Assembly (NCBI GenBank): GCA_905236065.1
Contig: CAJONZ010000065.1
Span: 12,285-76,284 of the forward strand
From: an uncultured Bacteroidaceae bacterium
GTDB taxonomy: Bacteria > Bacteroidota > Bacteroidia > Bacteroidales > Bacteroidaceae
Direction of reading: 5' to 3'
Length of the DNA: 64,000 bases
Part shown: piece by piece, positions 57,489 through 64,000 of the stretch
Numbering within the stretch: the stretch's first letter is position 1
Layout of the letters: each line of letters begins with the position of its first letter
Translations under genes and position numbers: made by a program
Notes under the pieces: generated by a model
What the model was told of the DNA's origin: nothing
What the model saw: the letters and a program-made list of their open reading frames with translations, nothing else
Databases searched by the model: none

Positions 57489-59641
57489 ACGCGATTTTTT
57501 CAAAACTAATAGCCGCAGCCACAGGTGTGAGCGAGCGGCAAGTGACAGCCACGGTGGGGTTGCTTGAGGAAGGATGTACCATCCCGTTCATTGCCCGCTA
57601 CCGCAAGGAGGTGACGGGTACGCTGGACGAAGTGAAGGTGGCTGCCGTGAGCGACAGTCTGGAGAAACTGAAAGAGGTGGAGGCCCGGAAGCAAACTATC
57701 TTGAAGACCATCGAGGAGCAAGGCAAGCTGACACCCGAACTAAAGAAACGCATTGAGGACTCATGGGACAGTACGGAGCTGGAAGACATCTACCTGCCGT
57801 ACAAGCCGAAGCGGAAGACGAGGGCGGAGGTGGCCCGGCAGAAGGGACTGGAGCCGTTGGCCACGTTCCTGATGCTACAGAATCCGCAGGCCGACATCGA
57901 CAAGAAAGTGAGGGAATTCATCGACGCGGAAAAGGGCGTGAAGTCTGCCGAGGAGGCCATTCAGGGAGCGCAGGACATCATTGCCGAGCAGGTGAGCGAG
58001 ACGGAGGAGGCCCGCAACATTGTGCGTTTCAACTTCAAGCGCGATGCCGTCATCACGAGTAAGGTTGTCAAGCCGAAGGAGGAGACGGAGGAATGGGAGC
58101 AAAAGTCGCAAAAGTTCCGCGACTACTTCGATTTCTCGGAAAAGCTGGCCCGCTGTGCCAGTCACCGCCTGCTGGCCATGCGACGCGGCGAGGCGGAGGG
58201 GGTGCTGCGCATCAGCATCAATGGCGACGATGAGCGTTGCCTGGACCGGCTCGACCGACTGTTCCTGCGCAACTCGTCGAAGAGTGCCGAACTGGTGTGG
58301 GAGGCCGTGGAGGACGGTTTCAAACGGCTCATCAAGCCCAGCATCGAGACGGAGTTTGCCAACCAAAGCAAGGAGAAGGCTGACCAGGAGGCCATCCGCA
58401 TCTTCGTGAAGAACCTGGAACAACTGCTCATGGCAGCGCCGTTGGGACAGAAGCGCGTACTGGCACTCGACCCGGGTTTCCGCACGGGCTGCAAGCTGGT
58501 CATCCTCGATGCCGAGGGCAACCTGCTGCACAACGAGGCCATCTACCCCCATCCACCGAAGGCGGAACGGAAGGCAGCTGGCGACAAGATATGGACGCTG
58601 TGCAAGCAATACAAGATTGAGGCCATTTCCATCGGCAACGGCACGGCCAGCCGCGAGACGGAAGAGTTCGTAAGGAACCTCGGACTGCCCAGCACGATTC
58701 AGGTGTTCGTAGTGAGCGAGGACGGTGCCAGCATCTACTCGGCATCGAAGGTGGCACGGGAGGAGTTTCCAGACTACGACGTGACAGTGCGCGGAGCCGT
58801 TTCCATCGGTCGGCGACTGATGGATCCGCTGGCCGAGTTGGTGAAGATTGACCCCAGCAGCATCGGCGTGGGCCAGTACCAGAAGGATGTGGACCAGAAG
58901 GCCCTGAAGCATTCGCTGGACCAAACGGTGGAAATGTGCGTGAACAAGGTGGGCGTGAATGTGAACACGGCCTCGAAACATCTGCTGACGTACATTTCGG
59001 GCCTGGGCCCTGCCATTGCACAGAACATCGTAAACTACCGGGCCGAGAACGGGGCGTTCAGTTCAAGAAAGGAATTGCTGAAAGTGCCGAAGCTGGGGCC
59101 GAAAGCCTTTCAGCAGGCAGCGGGTTTCCTGCGTGTCAGCGGTGGCAAGCAGCCATTGGACAACAGTGCGGTACACCCGGAGAGCTATGCCATCGTGGAG
59201 AAGATGGCCAAGGACCAGAAATGCACGGTCGGCGACCTGATGTCCGACAAGGAACTCCGCTCGAAGATTGACATCAACCAGTACGTGACCGACACCGTGG
59301 GACTGCCCACCCTGCAAGACATCATGCAGGAATTGGACAAGCCCGGTCGTGACCCGCGTCAGCAGTTGGAGACGTTCAGCTTCAGCAAGGACGTGAAGGA
59401 ACTGGAGGATGTACAGCCAGGAATGCTCCTGCCCGGCATCATCACCAACGTAACGGATTTCGGCTGCTTCGTCGATGTGGGTGTCCACACGAAAGGGCTT
59501 GTCCACATCAGCGAACTGGCCGACCATTTTGTGAAAGACCCTGCCAGCGAGGTGCAGCTGCATCAGCACGTCACCGTCCGCGTCCTGAGCGTGGACCTGA
59601 AAAGGGGCAGGATGAGTTTGTCGATGAAGGGAATAGAATGA
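57485..59641 (+). CDS. tex: Tex-like RNA-binding transcription accessory protein
   Basis: EEGCTIPFIARYRKEVTG at the N-terminus, a YqgF-like core and a C-terminal S1 domain (GIITNVTDFGCFVDVGVHTKGLVHISEL). Confidence 0.9.
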   Translation: MNAIFSKLIAAATGVSERQVTATVGLLEEGCTIPFIARYRKEVTGTLDEVKVAAVSDSLEKLKEVEARKQTILKTIEEQGKLTPELKKRIEDSWDSTELEDIYLPYKPKRKTRAEVARQKGLEPLATFLMLQNPQADIDKKVREFIDAEKGVKSAEEAIQGAQDIIAEQVSETEEARNIVRFNFKRDAVITSKVVKPKEETEEWEQKSQKFRDYFDFSEKLARCASHRLLAMRRGEAEGVLRISINGDDERCLDRLDRLFLRNSSKSAELVWEAVEDGFKRLIKPSIETEFANQSKEKADQEAIRIFVKNLEQLLMAAPLGQKRVLALDPGFRTGCKLVILDAEGNLLHNEAIYPHPPKAERKAAGDKIWTLCKQYKIEAISIGNGTASRETEEFVRNLGLPSTIQVFVVSEDGASIYSASKVAREEFPDYDVTVRGAVSIGRRLMDPLAELVKIDPSSIGVGQYQKDVDQKALKHSLDQTVEMCVNKVGVNVNTASKHLLTYISGLGPAIAQNIVNYRAENGAFSSRKELLKVPKLGPKAFQQAAGFLRVSGGKQPLDNSAVHPESYAIVEKMAKDQKCTVGDLMSDKELRSKIDINQYVTDTVGLPTLQDIMQELDKPGRDPRQQLETFSFSKDVKELEDVQPGMLLPGIITNVTDFGCFVDVGVHTKGLVHISELADHFVKDPASEVQLHQHVTVRVLSVDLKRGRMSLSMKGIE

Positions 59642-59994
59642 GAGGAAAAAGGGGAAACGAACCGCAAATGAAAGTCATTCTCACCAGACATTTTCCGTTT
59701 GGCAAACGCTATGCCGCCATCAACCTGTTCGGCTTGGTGTTTGCAAAGTATCAATTGTCGCGGCAGGAACTGAACCATGAGTACATCCACACGCTGCAAC
59801 AGCGGGAATTGCTGTTCGTGGGCTTCTACATTATATATATTATAGAGTGGCTGGTGCGCCTCGCCCAATACCGCAACGCCTACAAGGCTTACCTGAACAT
59901 TAGCTTTGAATGCGAAGCCTACAACAGGATGAATGACCTAAACTATGCAAGAAAAAGAAAAATCTTTGCGTGGAGAAAGTATATTTTCACTTAA
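59638..59994 (+). CDS. Small hypothetical protein with HExxH (also readable as Rx4HxY) and one hydrophobic helix
   Basis: 118 aa. SRQELNHEYIHTLQQRELLFVGFYIIYIIEWLV. ATG 59638 overlaps the tex stop (ATGA). An alternative start at MKVILTRH (59668) is possible. Confidence 0.4.
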   Translation: MRGKRGNEPQMKVILTRHFPFGKRYAAINLFGLVFAKYQLSRQELNHEYIHTLQQRELLFVGFYIIYIIEWLVRLAQYRNAYKAYLNISFECEAYNRMNDLNYARKRKIFAWRKYIFT

Positions 59995-60035
59995 AAATAA
60001 ATGTTAATCTAACATGGTAAGTCGCAAAATATCCT

Positions 60036-60043
60036 TACCTTTG
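60036..60043 (+). promoter_or_regulatory. -7 box TACCTTTG (nucleotidyltransferase / flavodiiron pair)
   Basis: Exact match 15 nt upstream of ATG 60058. Confidence 0.45.
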
Positions 60044-60057
60044 CACACAAAAGCAAA

Positions 60058-60375
60058 ATGAGAAGAACGAAAATAGTAAATATGATTTCAGAGACCATGC
60101 ACCAGAAACATCCTGATGCTGAGGTGGTGTTGTATGGTTCTGAAGCCAGAGGTGATGCACGATTGGATTCCGACTTCGATTTGCTGGTACTGGTAAACAG
60201 CACTGGCAACCAATTCAGAAACGAGCAGAAACAAATAGCTGACAGCATCTTAGGTATAGAGCTGGAGACCGGCTACAATATCAGCCCCTACATCGTACCC
60301 CGTGAATGGTGGGAGAATCAGCCATTCACCACTCCCTTCTATAATAATGTTGTTCGAGACGGTATTAGAATATGA
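60058..60375 (+). CDS. MntA-type minimal nucleotidyltransferase domain protein
   Basis: 105 aa. VVLYGSEARGDARLDSDFDLLVLV (GSxxRG...DxD). A TACCTTTG -7 box lies at 60036. Confidence 0.7.
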   Translation: MRRTKIVNMISETMHQKHPDAEVVLYGSEARGDARLDSDFDLLVLVNSTGNQFRNEQKQIADSILGIELETGYNISPYIVPREWWENQPFTTPFYNNVVRDGIRI

Positions 60376-61613
60376 AAGAAGTCAACGATACAAACTTTCA
60401 AAATATCAATATAACAATGGAAATAGCAAAAAACATTCAGTATATCGGTGTGGACGACACCGACATTGACCTGTTTGAAGGACAGTATGACGTGCCGGAA
60501 GGCATTTCGTATAACTCTTATCTGATTGACGACGAGAAAATCGCCATTCTGGACACAGTGGATGCCCGCAAGACCAACGAATGGGTGGAAAAACTGGAGG
60601 CTGCCCTGAATGGCCGCACACCAGACTACCTCATCATTCACCACATGGAGCCAGACCACGCCAGCAATGTGAAGATGATTCTGGAGAAATATCCCGACTG
60701 CGTGGGTGTTTGCTCGCAGAAAGCTGTGGCCATGGTGAAACGTTTCTTCGACGTGGATTTTGGCGCACGATTGCAGGTGGTAAAAGAGGGTGAAACGCTC
60801 TCGTTGGGACAGCACACCCTGACCTTCATCATGGCTCCGATGGTACACTGGCCAGAAGTGATGATGAGCTACGAAAGCACGGAAGGTATTCTGTTTGCCG
60901 CCGACGGATTCGGCAAATTCGGCGCACTCGCCCACCCCAACAGTGAGGGAATGGCTGCCGACAAACTGCACGGTACCGTGGAAGGCTGGGCATGTGAAGC
61001 CCGCCGCTATTATTTTAATATTGTGGGAAAATACGGTGCCATGGTACAGACCGTACTGAAGAAGGCTGCCAAGCTGGACATCAAGGTCATCGCCCCACTC
61101 CATGGCCCAATTCTCGACAAGGACTTGGACTACTATCTCAACATCTACAACACGTGGTCCAGCTATCAGCCAGAGGACAAGGGCATCTTCATTGCCTACT
61201 GCTCACTGCACGGCAACACCGAGGAGGCCGCACTGAAATTGGCCGAAATCATCAAGGACGACAGCGATGTGAAGGTTAGTGTCAGCGACTTGGCACGCGA
61301 CGATATGGCCGAGGCCATTGAGGATGCATTCCGCTACGACCGCCTTGTAGTAGCCGCACCGACTTACGACGGTGGTGTCATGCCCTTCATGCAAGACTTC
61401 CTGCATCACCTCAGCATCAAGGCTTTCCAGAACCGCACTGTCGGCATCATCGAAAACGGCTCTTGGGCACCAGCTGCCGGAAAGAAGATGCGCGAGGCTT
61501 TTGAACAGATGAAAAACATCACCATCATCGAGCCAATGGTCAGCGTGGAATCTACGGTCAAGGAAAAAACGGTTGAGGACTTGAAGGCGCTGGCCGCAGC
61601 ACTGATTGGGTAA
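60372..61613 (+). CDS. Flavodiiron protein (FprA-type; metallo-beta-lactamase-like plus flavodoxin-like domains)
   Basis: YLIIHHMEPDHASN (HxExDH diiron motif) and a C-terminal flavodoxin-like domain. ATG 60372 overlaps the upstream stop. The internal start MEIAKNIQYIG (60417) is also possible. Confidence 0.8.
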   Translation: MKEVNDTNFQNINITMEIAKNIQYIGVDDTDIDLFEGQYDVPEGISYNSYLIDDEKIAILDTVDARKTNEWVEKLEAALNGRTPDYLIIHHMEPDHASNVKMILEKYPDCVGVCSQKAVAMVKRFFDVDFGARLQVVKEGETLSLGQHTLTFIMAPMVHWPEVMMSYESTEGILFAADGFGKFGALAHPNSEGMAADKLHGTVEGWACEARRYYFNIVGKYGAMVQTVLKKAAKLDIKVIAPLHGPILDKDLDYYLNIYNTWSSYQPEDKGIFIAYCSLHGNTEEAALKLAEIIKDDSDVKVSVSDLARDDMAEAIEDAFRYDRLVVAAPTYDGGVMPFMQDFLHHLSIKAFQNRTVGIIENGSWAPAAGKKMREAFEQMKNITIIEPMVSVESTVKEKTVEDLKALAAALIG

Positions 61614-61618
61614 AAATC

Positions 61619-62767
61619 ATGAAACATCTATTCTCTCTTATATTCACTGCACTCACGTCGTTGGCAGCATACGCCAACGACGGCGTGTTTTTTGTGAACG
61701 GGAACCACCTGGTACCCATTCAAGAAACAGAAATCGCACTCACCAAGGAGGTACTGACCATCAGCCTCTGCGACGATGGCTACGCCAAGGTCGATGTGCT
61801 GTATGAACTCACCAACCGGGGAAAGGCAAAGACGGTGACAATGGGATTCGAGGCCAACGCTCCCTACAACGACGACGTAGCATTCAACAGACAAGGCATT
61901 CACCCCTACATTCAAGACTTCACCGTAGAAATGAACGGAAAGCCACTGACATACATGAATGCTGTCGTAAAATCAGAATTTCACACCGAGTGCGACTTCG
62001 TGCCGCTCGACTTGGAAAAATGGAAATCCTACGGCGAAGTAAAGATGCCAGACGGTGAGGATCTGCCCCACAACGCCCTGCTCTATGATGCCGAACTCGA
62101 CAGCCTCATCGATTTTTCATACGCCTACTATTTCATCGCCCGATTCCAGCCCGGAGTCAACACCGTGCATCACACCTACCGTTACCGCATGAGCTACGGC
62201 GTGGGGCGCACCTTTGAGGTTCCCTACTGGCTCTTGCCTGCCATGCGTTGGGCAAACAGGCAGATTGACGACTTCACCCTGCGCATCCAGACTCCAGGAA
62301 CGGCCAAAAACTTTTTTGTGCCCGACTCCATCTTCTCTGCCTCAACGTTTGTCGTCACCAAAGGTACTGGCAAAATACGCAAAGCCAAACAGTACGACGA
62401 GGTTTGCACAGAATTTTCGCTGAGAGACGGTATCGTGGAATGGCACACCACAGCCTTCAGGCCCAAAGACAATATGACAATTCAGTCTGCCGAACGGCTG
62501 CACTACGATGATTTCAAACTCGGTACCTTCTACGACCGCAGCGAAGGCTATCTGCCAGGCAGCTTTATTCTTGAAGCCCAAAAGGACAAGACCACAAGAC
62601 GCATCCTGCGCAACCTGCCCTACGCTCACCGAGGCTATGTCTTCAAAGACAAGAAACTGCAAAAATACTTCAACCAGTTTTGGTGGTACATGCCCGACCC
62701 ATCGTGGCAAGAATCAACCGACGACTTCACACCCCGCGAGTGGAAACTCATCAACCAAGGCGAATAA
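61619..62767 (+). CDS. YARHG domain-containing secreted protein
   Basis: Signal peptide. C-terminal LRNLPYAHRGYVFKDKKLQKYFNQFWWY is a YARHG motif. Confidence 0.65.
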   Translation: MKHLFSLIFTALTSLAAYANDGVFFVNGNHLVPIQETEIALTKEVLTISLCDDGYAKVDVLYELTNRGKAKTVTMGFEANAPYNDDVAFNRQGIHPYIQDFTVEMNGKPLTYMNAVVKSEFHTECDFVPLDLEKWKSYGEVKMPDGEDLPHNALLYDAELDSLIDFSYAYYFIARFQPGVNTVHHTYRYRMSYGVGRTFEVPYWLLPAMRWANRQIDDFTLRIQTPGTAKNFFVPDSIFSASTFVVTKGTGKIRKAKQYDEVCTEFSLRDGIVEWHTTAFRPKDNMTIQSAERLHYDDFKLGTFYDRSEGYLPGSFILEAQKDKTTRRILRNLPYAHRGYVFKDKKLQKYFNQFWWYMPDPSWQESTDDFTPREWKLINQGE

Positions 62768-62774
62768 CGACATC

Positions 62775-63707
62775 ATGCGGTCTCTCCTCTTCATACTATT
62801 CATCCTGTGTTTCTGTCCAAGGACGGAGGCACAGGATTATTTTTCCATCATGGCATGGAATGTGGAGAACCTGTTCGACACCCAGCACGACGAGGGAAAA
62901 CGGGACGAGGAGTTCCTGCCGGAAGGCGACCACCGATGGTCACGTTATCGTTTCTTCAAGAAACTGAAGGAAATCGGCAAAACCATCGTGGCGGTCGATA
63001 GCATGAAACCCGTGGAAGTCATTGGGCTGTGTGAAGTGGAGAACGACAGCGTACTGACCTGTCTCACCGAGCGAACACCCCTGCGGCAATTGGGCTACCA
63101 GTACGTCATGACCCACAGTGCCGACGAACGTGGCATTGACGTGGCTTTGCTTTATGCACCCCTGCGCTTCCACCTCATCGCTTACGAAAGTCTCCGCACG
63201 CCAACCCGCCAACCTGTCCGTGACGTGCTTCATGCCACGGGTAGTATTCCTTCGGGCGACACCCTCGACATCTACCTGCTCCATCTTCCCTCAAAACTCG
63301 GCGGTGCCCAGGCTGAGACGCACCGAAAGGCCGTCGTCAACCATATTCTCACTCATACAGACTCCGTTAGCAATGCCCGTCAACACCCAAACATCATCGT
63401 CATGGGCGACTTCAACGATGAGTTTAACGGCAAACGAATGCAACCTTTCCAAAAACGTGGCTTCGTGGATGTCATTACTCGGCAAAAACCAGGCACTTAC
63501 AAATATCAGGGTCTGTGGTCCATCCTTGACCACATACTTGTGAAATCGACCCGTCTCCACTACTCCGCCGGCATCTCCGCCCTCCCATTCCTCCTCGAAC
63601 CCGACAAAACCCACCAAGGGCAGAAACCCTTCCGCACCTACCTCGGTCCCCGCTACAATGGCGGCATCAGCGACCACCTTCCCGTTTGGATGCGAATAAA
63701 AATGTAG
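62775..63707 (+). CDS. Endonuclease/exonuclease/phosphatase (EEP) family protein, secreted
   Basis: Start moved to ATG 62775 (MRSLLFILFILCFCPRTEAQ). AWNVENLFD, MGDFNDE and SDHLPVW motifs. Confidence 0.75.
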   Translation: MRSLLFILFILCFCPRTEAQDYFSIMAWNVENLFDTQHDEGKRDEEFLPEGDHRWSRYRFFKKLKEIGKTIVAVDSMKPVEVIGLCEVENDSVLTCLTERTPLRQLGYQYVMTHSADERGIDVALLYAPLRFHLIAYESLRTPTRQPVRDVLHATGSIPSGDTLDIYLLHLPSKLGGAQAETHRKAVVNHILTHTDSVSNARQHPNIIVMGDFNDEFNGKRMQPFQKRGFVDVITRQKPGTYKYQGLWSILDHILVKSTRLHYSAGISALPFLLEPDKTHQGQKPFRTYLGPRYNGGISDHLPVWMRIKM

Positions 63708-63757
63708 GTATCAACTCATTTTTTCACTCATCATTTTGCAAAAGAAAAAATAAGTAC

Positions 63758-63765
63758 TAACTTTG
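63758..63765 (+). promoter_or_regulatory. -7 box TAACTTTG (NTP transferase gene)
   Basis: Exact match 71 nt upstream of ATG 63836. Confidence 0.45.
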
Positions 63766-63835
63766 CGGCCAACTAATGAAAAACGCCAACTAATCAAAGA
63801 AACCCAAAAACATATTCACAAAATCAAAAATCATT

Positions 63836-64000
63836 ATGAAACCAACATTATTCCTCCTTGCTGCAGGTATGGGAAGCCGCTACGGTGGTTTGAAGCAGCT
63901 TGACGGTCTGGGACCAAACGGTGAAACAATCATGGACTACTCCATCTACGATGCCATCCAGGCAGGCTTCGGCAAAATCGTATGGGTCATCCGCAAAGAC
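63836..64000 (+). CDS. Sugar-phosphate nucleotidyltransferase family protein (5' fragment, runs off the window)
   Basis: MKPTLFLLAAGMGSRYGGLKQLD (the GxGxR(x)nK motif of NTP transferases). A TAACTTTG -7 box lies at 63758. Confidence 0.6.
   Translation, partial: MKPTLFLLAAGMGSRYGGLKQLDGLGPNGETIMDYSIYDAIQAGFGKIVWVIRKD

Noticed and set aside
57875-59569. Minus-strand ORFs inside tex (57875..58981, 58500..59021, 59063..59569)
   Set aside because: They are antisense to the well-supported Tex gene.

Overview
This 64-kb window reads as a chromosomal segment from a Bacteroidota genome, probably Bacteroidales and Prevotellaceae-like. That assignment is inferred from three things: TAnnTTTG -7 boxes 15-130 nt upstream of many starts, no Shine-Dalgarno signals, and a short sigma-A of about 287 aa. 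I support 47 protein-coding features and saw no rRNA, tRNA, CRISPR array, transposase or integrase. The housekeeping backbone is nhaC, truA, fabD, rpsP, lepA, gyrA, kdsB, a PBP1A gene, ung, rpoD, mscL, gap, smpB and tex.

Accessory content:
1. A 15.8-kb co-directional minus-strand block at 55074..39281. It runs from a Cache-PP2C-RsbW-like fusion to a STAS protein, an AlgE-type outer-membrane barrel, an NRPS with C-A-T-C-A-T-R domains (2446 aa) and an NRPS with C-A-T-R domains (1449 aa). Both synthetases end in thioester reductase domains, which predicts peptide aldehyde products. This is my lead candidate for an undescribed system.
2. A C11 peptidase, an HPr-kinase-like P-loop protein and an S24-type peptidase form an operon. 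A 1.7-kb AT-rich islet separates it from a PqqD-like chaperone gene. The islet carries a DUF2442 gene, a frameshifted surface-protein remnant, an orphan HxsD-like gene and a four-copy 12-mer array.
3. Two large secreted peptidases (M6 and C10) carry dockerin-like C-terminal tails.
4. Several dispersed or palindromic intergenic repeat families are present.
5. Unusual fusions include an acyl-AMP ligase joined to a carrier segment and an LPLAT acyltransferase, and a PAP2 phosphatase joined to a beta-barrel.

All calls rest on hand translation and motif recognition. No searches were run.
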